Positions 1-11,575 of a DNA stretch of 48,585 bases are shown one piece after another; position 1 is the first letter of the stretch, and each line of letters opens with the position of its first letter. The notes below the pieces were generated by a model. That model searched no databases and had not been told where the DNA came from. It worked only from the letters and a program-made list of their open reading frames with translations. The position numbers and the translations under genes were made by a program. Source of the stretch: Catajapyx aquilonaris (taxonomy: Eukaryota); NCBI GenBank assembly GCA_000934665.2, contig JYFJ02002941.1, positions 1 to 48,585 on the forward strand, given 5' to 3'.

Positions 1-1756
1 TACTCACAGGTCAATTCATCCACGAGGTTCTGACCAACCGAAGTGTAATCACAGAGAAGTTGACAGAGGGCAAGAAGGTCCTTTACATCGAGCTGGCGTA
101 TTACGACTTGACACATTACATGAACTTTGAATTTTCCATCAAAGGAATGGACGACGATGCAGCAGCCGTTGAGGCAAAGATGGATGACGGTACGTGGATT
201 GGTATAGTTGGTTCAGTACTGTATGGAGAAGTGGACATTGGTGCTGGGTCGTTGTCCTTGACCGGTCCTCTAGAGGTGTCAGACTACGGTCGTGTCTGCT
301 ACCATTCATACTTCACATTCATGACTCGCAAGCCGCGTGTGATTAACTCGTGGAATGTCATAATCCGACCGTACACCAAAGCAATGTGGCTTCTCATCGC
401 TCTGTCTTGCGTAGTCGGCAGCGTTTTCTTCTGGTCAGTGCTTGTTATCATCACCAAGAGAATTGAAAGCCCGTTTAGAAAGCAGCCTCCTCCTCTGTAC
501 CCATATTCGCTGACCTATGTCCTCCTGGCCCTCATTGAGGAGAATCCGAACCTTGTTCCAAAATCTGATTCTGCCCGGATGTTCCTGTCTCTCTGGTGGA
601 TCTTTGCTGTCGTCATAACCTGCGGATACACGGCCAAGCTCATCGGGTTTCTCGCAAATCCTGAGTACGAAACACTTCCTAGGTAAGCATACGCAATAAA
701 TATCCAGAATATTGTGATTCTAAATATTACCCGTCAAACGGGGTGATACTGTGCCAGGTGGTGTGAGATTGTGCCAGCGCATTTTTTTGGACAACAGTGC
801 GCCCTACTGGCACAATTTAGCATGTTTTACTACATTGAGAGATAGTCAAGGTTGGCAATAATGACGAGTAAAATTCCCGGTAGGGCGCACTGTTGTCCCC
901 CAAAAAAATGAGCTGGCACAATCTCACCCCACCTAGTACAATCTCACCCCAATAATTCTGCCGTCAGTTGTAAGAAGACCGTAACTCAAAAACTAGTAAG
1001 GGCGAAAGTCGCATGCATGCCGTGCACTAATCCACCCTGGCTCAGAGGGGATTAGTGCAGGGCGTGCATGCGACTTTCGCCCTTAGTGGTTTTCGAGTTA
1101 CGGTCTTCTTACATCTGACGGCAGAATTGACGGTACTCCACATATGTTTGTAAAATATCTGAATTTACAGAGGCATTAAAGACCTGACAACTCGCCCCGG
1201 ATGGAAATGGGGCAGCTTGACTATTCATGGTCTGTTTGCCCAGGTGTTGATGACCGAATCGGATGTGGAACACCACCGAAAACTGTCCGAATTGATAGAA
1301 ATGAGGGACACCCTAGAGGAGTGTCTCATATCCACCTTCACAGAGGACTATGCCTGTTTCAGCAACACTTACTTCATACTAGAGTCAGCCTACGAGTTTC
1401 TCGATATGACAGGGGAGATGCCCTTCTCTCGAATGGACGACAAGTCCACCACATTCTTGATCAACATGCTCTTTGCCAAGCATGACATTCTCCTCCCCAG
1501 ATTTGACTGCATTATCCTCAGGATGGAAGCGGCTGGTTTGCTGGCTTATTATGACAAGTATCCGCTCAGCACGCTTTTCCGAGAGAAAGTGAACGAAGCC
1601 AGGAAAAGGCAACACATATTGAAACCTCCGTCCATGGCCCTTAATTTTAGGCAAATGGAAGGGTTGTTTTATGGCGTGCTTATTTGTCACGGTTTTGCTC
1701 TCTTGTTGTTTGTCACAGAAGTTGTTGTGAACTTGTGCAACTGGCAAAGACGTTAG
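1..1756 (+). CDS. Divergent ionotropic receptor (IR, variant iGluR family), 5'-partial; exons <1-682 and 1171-1756
   Basis: S1 lobe DGTWIGIVGSVLYGEVDIG, TM1, M3 motif RMFLSLWWIFAVVITCGYTAKLIGFL, C-terminal LRMEAAGLL and final TM. Donor AG|GTAAGC at 682/683 and acceptor TTTACAG at 1170 join in phase 2 (PR|GIKDL). The frame is open from the window start and aligns with the paralog at 3800-4630. Confidence 0.9.
728..1135. mobile_element. Tc1/pogo-type MITE in the IR intron, interrupted near its right end by a second element
   Basis: TA-CCCGTCAAACGGGGTGA at left and TCACCCC..[insert]..TGACGG-TA at right. Internal inverted repeats GACAACAGTGCGCCCTAC / GTAGGGCGCACTGTTGTC and GAGATTGTGCCAGC / GCTGGCACAATCTC. 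Confidence 0.75.
954..1128. mobile_element. Near-perfect 175-bp foldback MITE nested in the 728-1135 element
   Basis: AATTCTGCCGTCAG(T)TGTAAGAAGACCGTAACTC ... GAGTTACGGTCTTCTTACA(T)CTGACGGCAGAATT. The arms pair over almost the whole length. Confidence 0.8.
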
Positions 1757-3180
1757 ATTGTCTCGCTCTGGTTTACGAGACACGCTGTATAATAAATAAC
1801 TATATAGTCAATAAACTGCAACTTTTTAAATCATTACTAGTGATACCCAATTTTCAAACTGTAATATGGACTATCTAAAGTGTTACAAGCTGCCAATAGC
1901 ACACCTTAGAAATAAACTCGTTTAGGATGTTATCTTTCGGATGTTTTTTTACGGACTATCCAAATATTGTCTGTTGCTGTCATGATGAATGGAAATACAC
2001 TATCCTCATCCTGGCAATGAATTTCATGAATGAATGGGCTATTAAAAATTAATAATGTCTTTCATCGCAAGAAGGTGACAGACTGTCTTACAAAAAACAC
2101 AAATAATTTTTCTTGTCAGTCCGCAATGAATCGCTTGAATCAAATTATATATTTATGTGTACAGTACAAATAAAAAAGGCAGATCAGTACTGTTATTTTC
2201 ACTCCCATACAGGAATTCGTCTAAAAACTTTCTGGCTTAAGCCTACCAAACTAATTGTGAAACCAATTACCGTATACTTTTTCAATAGAATATCAACGTC
2301 TATATATTAATATCGATATTACTGATGTCCTTCTTAAAAATCAGAGCACATTAAATTTTCCGCATAATCTTAATCACAAGGAGTAGTGGACATGCTATGA
2401 CATTTCATACATACCAAACGAGTGTGCTGCCAATCCTGATATGATCGTCAAAAGTTTCTATTAGCGAGGCTTCAATATTATTAAGTTATTAATGGCATTG
2501 GCTCTGCGCGTGTCAGTCAGGATATTCATAACTGACTTCTATGGGTTGCATAATCCTATACCAGCTTAAAATAATGACACCATAAAAATAATGCCAGATT
2601 GGATTAATGTGCTCAAATACAATCAGCTGTATTTTAACGCCTTTTAAAGACTGGTGCACAGTAGGCTAATTATTCACCGTCCTATAAACCTCTGGAGAAA
2701 AACAAAATGCAACTGAGAAATTACACCTCTATAAATTATAATCTCTGACGCCCAAAATAATATGTTACTGCCTTAGTCATAGTGAAACTTCATATAAGCC
2801 TACTATATACTGTATTATACAAAAATTCACATATACATTAAACCCCCCATATTGAATTTTGCCTATTTCAATATTAAAACTGTAGGGGTTATTATGGATA
2901 TGCCATTTCTTATTATGAAACTGACGGGTCCTGCCACATTCCTGGTCAGTTAATGCATATGCCACGTCGCTTTAAGCTGTGATTAGGATTTTATTGAGTG
3001 GCAGTCCTATTATTTATTATTTTAAAAAATATTGAATTCTGGGAGATACAATTCTCCGTCTTCCTCCGTATATATATTTTGAATTTCTGGTCTGATGGAG
3101 TGTGCTGCTCGCATCATTCTCTGCACTAGAAACGCCGCGCCGGTTTAAAGTGAAGAATATTTCGCTAAAATAAGTACAAA

Positions 3181-5299
3181 ATGGAGGTTTATGTGAGACT
3201 ATTGTTGTTAATTACATACATTCAACTTACTCTATCACAAAACCTGTATTTACGTGAATCAGATAACATAACTATTTCTGACGAGATTAACTTGCTAGAA
3301 AAGATCAAACCGCAGTTGGACACTTCCTGTCTCTGGGTCATCTCTCATGACTATCCGACACTGCCCATTGACCTCGTAAAATTACTGGACGGACAATCCA
3401 GCACGAACCACATGACTTTACATATCCAGTTACCAAACCATGAAGAACCAGGAGCCACAGACATTCCTCCTGATGATTCCATCAACGTCAACTACACCTC
3501 ACCAGTGTCGTACTGGTTCGACTGGTTGCATCGTCCTCAAGCCAGGCACCTGTCCCACTGCACATTGTTTGTGTTTTTTCTGCTTAGAGAAAATTTTGAA
3601 CTTTTGATGGAAGCCACTGCTGCCACTGTCCTGCTCAACACTCGACTGCACCGGTTCCTATTTTTCGTCAGGAATGGCCAAGCTGAAGAGATTCTTTTTC
3701 ACGAACGATCGCAACTGCTTAGGTAAGCTTAGTATAACCTTAGTTTTATATTAAAATAAGTTTATAACTTACAAGTAAAATTATGATTTTTTTTTCCAGG
3801 TACAAGCTGGTGGTTGACATGAAAACTTCATCGCGTTGGTCAGTTTGCTTTTTCTGCAACCTTGGAGAACCACTTGCTGTAGAAATGAACCCAGACGCTT
3901 CAACTCTTTCCGAATTATTCCCCGACTTCACCCTTGACCTCCACCAGAAATTCATGGTCGGATTGTGCCCCATTGAATTTATAACAGATCAAAAAATCCT
4001 CAAGAACAATCTAGAACTCCGGTTGCCTTTACGATACGTGGAGTTGGTCTACTTCGATCTGATGCGATACGTCAATTTTGAGCTCAAGTCGCAAACGATA
4101 GAAAACGCGGTGGCCATCGAAGCCAAAATGGACGATGGCACTTGGATTGGAATAATCGGAGCCATTCTGTATGGGCAGTATGATATGGGTGCAATATCCA
4201 TCGCATACTCACCGCCTCTTGAGGTAGTCGACTATGGTTACGCTTTCTTTGTCTCAAACGGGGCTTACGTCACACGCAAACCTCGTCTTGCTGACTCATG
4301 GGACGTGATAATCCGTCCTTACACTAGCAACATGTGGCTTCTTATTGGATTGTCATGCATCCTAGGCAGCTTGTTCTTCTGGATCCTACTCTTAGTAATC
4401 ACTCACAAAATTGAAACCCCGTTCAGAAAAACACCTCCACCTTTGTACCCCTACTCTCTGACCTATGTCCTTCTGACCCTGATCGAGGAGAACCCAAACC
4501 TTGTCCCCAGGTCACACTCTGCCAGGATGTTCCTCTCTCTCTGGTGGACATTCGCAGTGGTCATCACCTGTGGATACACAGCCAAGTTGATCGGGTTTCT
4601 GGCCAATCCGGATCATGAAACACTTCCCAGGTGAGTCAATTCCTTACAATATTATGTGTGTGTGTGAGAGACAATTCCAAATTTTCTTCTTACAGAGACA
4701 TGCGGGATATGTTAAACCGAGAGGGTTGGAGATGGGGGAGCTTGGCTATTCATGCCATCTTTGTTCGAGTTCTGCTGAGCGAATCGGACTTTGAGTTTCA
4801 GCGAGAGTTCAGCGATCTGATTGAACTCAGAGACTCGTTTGATGACTGCCTGGAGTCAGCCCTGAACGAGGAGTACACCTGCGGAGGGTCAAGGGATTAC
4901 CTGATTCAAGCTGCATACAAATATTTGGACATGGCCGGAAACTGGCCTTTCTCAGATGTGATAGATGACTTTTCGACCAAATATTATGCCAACATGGTGT
5001 TTCCAAAGCATGATGTTCGTATCCCGCGATTCGATTGCATATTGCTTCGAATGGAGGCATCCGGGATGATGTCTTATTACAACAAGTATTTTCTAGCCAC
5101 CATTTATGTTCAGGAGGTCAACAAGGCCAGGACCAAACTTCACCTACTTCCAACACTGTCTCTGGCGTTAAATTTTAACAGACTGAAAGGACTCTTTTAT
5201 GGCATGTTTATTAGTTACGCCTGTGGAGCATTGGTGTTTCTTTTGGAACACGTCACAATTCGATGTAAATCGAAGACAGCTTCGAATACTAATATCTGA
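3181..5299 (+). CDS. Divergent ionotropic receptor, complete 3-exon gene, 658 aa; exons 3181-3722, 3800-4630, 4696-5299
   Basis: Signal peptide (MEVYVRLLLLITYIQLTLS), IR S1/TM/M3/S2 motifs paralogous to the upstream gene. GT-AG introns 3723-3799 and 4631-4695 are both phase 2 and keep the frame; the second intron position is shared with the upstream IR. Confidence 0.92.
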
Positions 5300-5574
5300 G
5301 AGGAAATGGGATAATGGGCTTCTAATGTAAGGTGCGTTCAATATTGAACCATTTTTGTTTGTTTGTGTTTGCAGGCATATTTAATCGTTTAATGTAACTG
5401 ATACTGTTTGTTCTTTCGTTCGTATTGCACGGTACATGTGTACGAGTTTCTTGTATACTGAATGAATTGAGAAGTCCATCAGACATAAACCATTTACAAG
5501 AAACTGTAGCAGCGGAACCCGCTCTTCGCACACTGACTGTTTCCATGGAAAAATTAAACAACAACAACAACTTT

Positions 5575-5904
5575 TAGTTGGTTATTCTATGAAATAAACA
5601 ACTTTATATTATAATAAAAGCAACCCCCCCCCCCCCATCGATTGCCTTGGGGCATTCAATGATATTCAATGATGGAATTCATGACTTATCGACAGGAAAA
5701 TAATTATCATGCTACCCTTTTAATATTGTATTATACAGTGTACTCCAGATTATCCGGGCTAATGACTGCACGGGTGTTGCGCTGTTGCCGGATAACCAGG
5801 AAAACACGGATAATGGGAAAATAGTAACAAACACCGAAAAATTCAGCTATTCACAAGTTTTTAATGTGCTACTGTATGTAGTCATAGTGTAGGCTGTTTT
5901 AACT
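5575..5904 (+). repeat. Segment duplicated at ~12025-12319, including the left end of a Tigger-like MITE (TACAGTGTACTCCAGATTATCCGG at ~5734)
   Basis: Shared strings ATTATAATAAAAGCA-CCCC, GATGGAATTCATGACTTATCGACA and GATTATCCGGGCTAATGACTGCA at both loci. Confidence 0.75.
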
Positions 5905-6070
5905 CACGTTGCAGTTGTACCCTCTCGAAAACGACGCTAAAGAAAAGTAGAAGTATTTGTGGCCATTAGTGACGCCACGAGAGGACAAACTACTTGCACG
6001 TCAACATCCGAAGGATAAACAAGTTCACTGGGAATTTCATCCCGTCAAAATGACCCGACCGGGCCACAAG

Positions 6071-6511
6071 CAGGGAGCATATACTACATAAGAGGCGCAA
6101 ACTTCTGTCGGCGCCTTTGATGTTAGCGTCTCTCTGTTTGGCACGTTGCCAAGGCTGGCGGCCATTTTGAAGTGTGTGGAACGCCAACGAGGTATAAATA
6201 GGGTACAGGCAAAAATAGGGTCCGCCATCTTTGATGGTTTTGGCGGCCATGGCAACTACACGGCAAGAACGCGCGCGAATTTGAATTCGATATTGGAAAA
6301 TGGGTAAGTAAATTGTTATTGCCGTGTATTGCCATGGCAGCCAAAACCATCAAAGATGGCGGACCCCCGCGGACCTTGACGGCCTGCCTGTACCCTATTT
6401 ATACCTCGTTGGCGTTCCACACACTTCAAAATGGCCGCTAGCCTTGGCAACGCCTAACACAGAGAGACGCAAAAATCGAAATGTTTGCGCCTCTTATCCT
6501 CTTATGTAGTA
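6071..6511. mobile_element. Long foldback (large-TIR) non-autonomous DNA element
   Basis: Left arm starts CAGGGAGCATATACTACATAAGAGGCGCAAAC. Arms of ~180 bp are inverted (GGAACGCCAACGAGGTATAAATAGGGTACAGGC / GCCTGTACCCTATTTATACCTCGTTGGCGTTCC). A second copy lies at 21551-21800. Confidence 0.8.
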
Positions 6512-7232
6512 GGGTAGCCAATCAGATTTATTATTTTTTGATCAGATAAATATTTTTACATATATTTTTTTTTAGCAACCGGCAGCAAAATTAACACGTT
6601 CGTTTGTGGCGTGATCTGGAGGTAGGTTATCTGCAGAGTAGTCGGGTGCGACATTTTTTGTGAGCGATATAATTGGATTTAATGTCTAATGAAGATTTGC
6701 ATGATTTTGAGTGTACGTGTATGTCAGATTTTTTTTTGTTTTGTTTTGAAGCGTACTGAAGCATAATAATCAGAGTCACTGTTATACAAAAACCTTCATA
6801 ATTTAATGGTACATGCGTAGAATGGTTGAGAAAAAGAAGACACTGCCAAGTACGGACACCCAGAGAAAGAAAAAAAAACGGTCCGAATAGAAACTTAGTT
6901 CCGCCGCATTTTTTTATTCGGGCTATGTTCATCACAATGAGTAATTAATTTTCAATAACTGGCTTTCTGTACAGTAACCATACTGTGCGATATGGTCCCT
7001 GTAGATAGCATCTCCCATCCTCAGACTATTACTATCAATCAAACAAATCACCCTTATTTAATCAGGGAACACCGCACCGCCTATTTTGGTGTAATAAACA
7101 TTACAAGACAATGTCTGATGCACTCTTTACACATAGACGTCAGCAGTACAAAAATCATACCCTTGAGGGACATTCCTTCTATGGAACCGCAACGACAATG
7201 AACGGGTTACAATCATTGAATCTGTGGCCCTC

Positions 7233-7245
7233 GTTTCTAAGCAAC
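7233..7245 (+). promoter_or_regulatory. Candidate RFX X-box (GTTTCTAAGCAAC) upstream of the MATH-BTB gene at 7582
   Basis: Matches the palindromic X-box pattern GTTNCY-N-RGYAAC. Conserved in the paralog promoter (41120). Lies ~166 nt upstream of the putative 5'UTR donor AG|GTAAGT at 7411. Confidence 0.5.
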
Positions 7246-7581
7246 AGAACAATAATGATGGACAACTAGAACATGAAGACAGGATGTACAAACACATTTT
7301 ACAAGATTAAAATTACCAGTGACAATATTTCAGCGTGCCTGCCTGCTTGCACTTGAATGAAACTTGAGCATAACTGCAGCTATAATAACAACTTTGGAAA
7401 GAGCTCAGAGGTAAGTGTCATATCCCCAATATCCGTTACCTGAAACGTATCACCTTATACTAATGGGATAATGGGAACGGACTAAATACTTATAAATTGT
7501 GATTCCGCTCTAATAATTATCACTCATAATAAATGAATACCCATCTTCAGACGGAATTTGGTCGTTGCAGAGATCAGAGGC

Positions 7582-8643
7582 ATGACCAGCAGCAAGTTAT
7601 ATTCCTCCACCCGAATAAAGTCAAATCATTTTCACTTCGAGTGGACAATCAGTGACTTCAGCATCCTGAAGGAAGCGGGATTTCTGAAGCACTTGAGGTC
7701 TGAACCATTCCACGTGAAAATTGGCGATGACAATACCACATGGAGGATCGAGATTTGCTATCCCGGTCGATCAGCTAATTACACTGCTCCTGATCACCTT
7801 TCGTTCTACTTGAAGTACTACCGGTCTGACAAAGGCGAGAAACGATACGTCATCAAGAAAGACTCCTACATATTGAAAAGCCAATTAGGAAACGACGACT
7901 GCGCTAAGCATTCTACAAAGGCCACCATATATGAAAAGCGCGGATTGGGATACCCCAGGTTCATCACGATGGAAAAACTGGAGTCGGAAAGGAGTGACTT
8001 TTTGCCCAACGATACCATGACTCTCATCTGCAAAGGAGACGTCATGATGGGGGTCGAAACTGGCCAGGCCATACCAACAGTGGCCGTAAAGGAGTCCAGG
8101 TTATCATCGGATTATCAGCACTTGTTGGATTCTGGCGAAGGAAAGGACGCAACGTTGATTGCTGAAGGAAAGGAGGTACCGGTTCACAGGCTGGTCCTTC
8201 AAGCTCGAAGCCCAGTGTTTGCAGCCATGTTTACTCACGACACACTGGAGAAACACACGGGCAAGGTTGTCCTAAACGACGTCGATTCGACGGTCCTGGA
8301 AGCGATGGTTCACTTCCTGTACACGGACCAGGAACCTCCGAACCTCCCAGAAGTAGCCACAGAACTGATGGTGGCAGCGGACAAGTACGACCTGACCAGA
8401 CTCAACACCATGTGCGAGAGCCACCTGGCCGGTACCCTGAACCTGGACAACGTGATGTCTCGACTGAACTCGGCCATTTTGCACAACTGCCCCAAACTGA
8501 TGGAAGTTTGCCTGATATTCGCGAAGCATCACTTGGAGAAACTGCGCAGGAGCCCCTCTTGGCCGAAAATGTTTTTATTAGAAAGCTCTGAAGCCATGCT
8601 TGCCCTGTTGAAGCCAGAGTGCGGCACCACTGTATCAACTTAA
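7582..8643 (+). CDS. SPOP-like MATH-BTB(-BACK) protein, single module, intronless CDS, 353 aa
   Basis: MATH: FEWTISDFS...HLSFYLKY...GYPRFI...LPNDTMTLIC. BTB: VHRLVLQARSPVFAAMF...AMVHFLYTD...AADKYDLTRLNTMCE. First ATG at 7582 follows an acceptor (TTGCAG 7570). Confidence 0.92.
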   Translation: MTSSKLYSSTRIKSNHFHFEWTISDFSILKEAGFLKHLRSEPFHVKIGDDNTTWRIEICYPGRSANYTAPDHLSFYLKYYRSDKGEKRYVIKKDSYILKSQLGNDDCAKHSTKATIYEKRGLGYPRFITMEKLESERSDFLPNDTMTLICKGDVMMGVETGQAIPTVAVKESRLSSDYQHLLDSGEGKDATLIAEGKEVPVHRLVLQARSPVFAAMFTHDTLEKHTGKVVLNDVDSTVLEAMVHFLYTDQEPPNLPEVATELMVAADKYDLTRLNTMCESHLAGTLNLDNVMSRLNSAILHNCPKLMEVCLIFAKHHLEKLRRSPSWPKMFLLESSEAMLALLKPECGTTVST

Positions 8644-9310
8644 ACTATTGTACACGTACTGAATTTTTGTATCAAATTAAAGACACTAATATTGACCCAG
8701 ATACGCGTATATTTCGGAGCCACCGCCCGGTCTCTTTATTTCCGAGAATGGTGACCAGGGATTTCCCTTCGATGACTTCAAAGGAAGGCGCAGGCGTGGC
8801 AATGAGAAACATGCGACATGCAGAAAGGAAAGCAAGCCACTGTCCAAAAACCAATAAGTGAAATAAGTGACTTCAAAATGAACAGCTGCATGCCCTTTCC
8901 CATTCTTTCCTTTCCCATTCTTCCCGCCCATCAGTTTGTCTCACGTACTTTTATACGCCATCGCTAGATGGCTATGTGACCTCACTTGGCCTTCGTTCCC
9001 CTCCTCCTGCTTCGAGTGCTTACTAGTCCTGCTGGCTGCTACCAACTGCTACTCAATCTGCCAACAGTCAGAGATTAAAGCAGAAATGCATCAACACCCT
9101 GGGAATTCCTCCCGATGACTTGAAAGCAAGGCGTGGCAAAGTGAGACTTGCGACAAACAAAAAGGAGAGCAAACATATTGTGTAAGCAGTTGTACTAGTA
9201 GTGTGTCTGATTCAGGTCCTTTCGAGTGACCACCACTGTTGCTCCTGTTTATAGGATCGTCGTGGCATCGTCGTTGTACCGAAGTTGGTGTAGAGGTAAG
9301 TGCTGAGGTA
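8641..9310 (+). repeat. Duplicated promoter/5'UTR-exon block of the paired MATH-BTB genes (copies at ~16357-16640 and partial ~22520-22590)
   Basis: Shared TACACGTACTGAATTTTTGT, GTCTC(T/C)TTATTTCCGAGA, GATGACTTCAAAG and GGATCGTCGT...AG|GTAAGTGCTGAG (donors at 9296 and 16626). Confidence 0.75.
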
Positions 9311-9804
9311 TTTCGAGAGCTATTCAGTTTTATACGCGAGATGAGTGGCGTTACATTCCATCTGATCTGACACGCATGACTCTCTATTAAATATTTATAT
9401 TGTGAAGCTGCAGTGGGCGGTGTTAGCCTGTGTGACGTACGTCGCGGGACCTCCCACTGCTTTGCTCTCAACCCGCTAATACATACGGGAAATGCACATG
9501 GTCATCGACTACTAAGGTCTGGACACTCCCACCTACCCCACTGCCGGGGCGTTTTGCAGGAGGTGCTCACCTGAGAGCGCCATGAGACCTGTCACGGAGC
9601 TATCATGTGGAGACCCTATACCGGACTACGCTAAACTTTATAGGTACAAAAGGGAAGCGCGACATTGGGGGACCCAACATCCCTTTTGTACCTATCAAGT
9701 TCAGACAGACTCACAAACGCGTCTTTATAGTGATGGGCATAATTCATTTTAAAATGAATTAATTCAATTCGACTCCATCAAGAACTTGCGGCTTGCGGAT
9801 TGGA

Positions 9805-10060
9805 ATCAATTCATTTCCTTTCGACTTCAATTCTCACAATTCAATTCAATTCAATTCAATTCAATTCAGATTCAAGTCGTTACTTTTCAATTCAATTCAG
9901 TACCATTTTCAATTCCAATTCCAATACCATTTTCAATTCCATTTTCAATTCCAATTCCATTTTCAATGCCAATGCCAATTCCAATTCCAATTCAATTCCA
10001 AATCCAAATCCAATCCAATTCAATTCATCATTCAATTCAATTCATCATTCAGTTCAATTT
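9805..10060. repeat. Low-complexity (AATTC)n/(CCAATT)n repeat
   Basis: Directly visible 5-6 bp units; it explains the three spurious QFQFQ/NSIQ ORFs. Confidence 0.9.
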
Positions 10061-10196
10061 GGCGTTTAGCACAATTTGTTAAGTACACAAGTATACAATT
10101 CCCATGGTGCATTGGCAGATTTTGATTCGATCACGTGAGACAGTGGCAGTGTGTCTTTGTTTGGGACGGTCCGTCAGAAAGACAGTCAGAATGATT

Positions 10197-10385
10197 ATGG
10201 AAGCAACGAACATTGAGCAGCTGGCAGTAATCCGTTTTTGAATCGCAGAAGGTGTCGAGAGTACTGAGAGAAATCAATCGCGGCATCAGTACGACTGATG
10301 TAAAGAAAACTGCATGTCTTTGGCACGTGTTGAAGCCTGGAGTACGCGGTTACATACGAGATGGGCGGTCATCATTGACTGGTGA
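10197..10385 (+). pseudogene. Degenerate mariner transposase N-terminal HTH fragment
   Basis: Translates MEATNIEQLAVIRF*IAEGVESTE...ENCMSLARVEAWSTRL...GRSSLT, the mariner N-terminal pattern (EQRAVIRF..EG..EI...MS..RV..W..RF..GR.SL.D), with a stop and frameshifts. Confidence 0.7.
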
Positions 10386-11389
10386 TTCCAGATTAGAGAA
10401 GGCAAACCGCTTATTCTAGGATTTAACACCTGACAAAGTCCTGCAGTTTTCATTTGAATGACGCAACTTATATTATATGGATCACAATTTTTCGTACTCC
10501 AGACTACAACTACATCATATCTACAGAGAATTTCTCATTATATCTGTTAATATTGTTGGTTAACATTGTTGCAGACAATATACCCTGATAATAATCTTTG
10601 GGTCGGTGTGCCGGGTTGCACCAGCAATGAAGATTTTATGGGAGATTATTTTTATCGATGGTATTAATCATTGGTGAGTATGCAAACGTCAGCGTTAGCA
10701 GCAAGGAGGAAACCTTAGCCATTCATAGAGCATGGCTCAACCTGCCATGAAAATATGCTGCACATTCAAAAATGAAATGTAAATGTAGAGAATAATGATC
10801 TTGTTCAAAATTATTTGCGTTGTTTATGCATGAAAAATACGGTAGGCCTATACAGTAGGCTAATGTGCACAGACAACTACTTTCCTAACACATTCCATAT
10901 AACATAGTTTAACTCACGGAGCCATCATTATTTTCTTTAGATGGCACCTATTGAGGCGCCTTGAGGGGAGACAGAGAATGACTGGGTGGGAGGTGGGAGA
11001 TGGGCAAGTGGAAAAGGTCGGCTTTGCAAAGAATGTTTCGTGTGGCCTCTGGGGTAAACCATTGCTTTCCCCACCTGTCCCCTAAATTATTGTGCAGTTG
11101 TCATGCAATAACAGTGACTGTCAATTATCCATGCAGAAAAATAGCATTTGAAATAGCTGATGAAACTAATAAGGTGAAGAGTACTTTTAATCATGCAGGG
11201 ATGTCCGCACCAAAGTAAAACTGCGGCAGAGACCCAGAGACTGTTTCCATAAGCTGTGCCTAAACTAGAACTCGAATGCCACACACCAGTATACATTAAT
11301 GTTCCACACATCCCTAATAAACCACTACACTCTCTTGAGAGTTATGAGCCTCCAACTGTTCGTCAATTCCACATTGAAACCAATTCCTT

Positions 11390-11575
11390 CGATTCTGAAT
11401 TAGACTCGATTCGATTCCGAATTGGACTCGAGTCCGAATTGGACTCGATTCCGAATTGGACTCGAGTCCGAATTGGACTCGAGTCCGAATTGGATTCACG
11501 TCCGAATTGTTGGACTCGATTCCGAATTGGATTCGACTCCTTCAATTCCGATTTGGACTCAATTCCGAATTGAGA
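11390..11575. repeat. Tandem 17-bp minisatellite GAATTGGACTCGA(G/T)TCC, about 10 copies
   Basis: Directly visible. The unit contains the 12-bp palindrome GGACTCGAGTCC, and there are no unique spacers. Confidence 0.9.

Noticed and set aside
7..10. CAG|G splice acceptor at the window start
   Set aside because: The reading frame is open through it and aligns without gaps to the paralog exon, so it is probably internal coding sequence.
5990..6509. Short ORFs repeated at 21607-21898 (MAAKTIKDGGPYFCLY...)
   Set aside because: Identity is due to the repeated foldback element; there is no protein-family signal.
9786..10125. Three overlapping ORFs rich in Q/F/N/S/I
   Set aside because: Translations of a stop-free simple repeat.
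11390..11575. CRISPR-like regular palindromic repeats
   Set aside because: Units are head-to-tail with no unique spacers, there are no cas genes, and the context is eukaryotic; this is a subterminal minisatellite of a TIR element.
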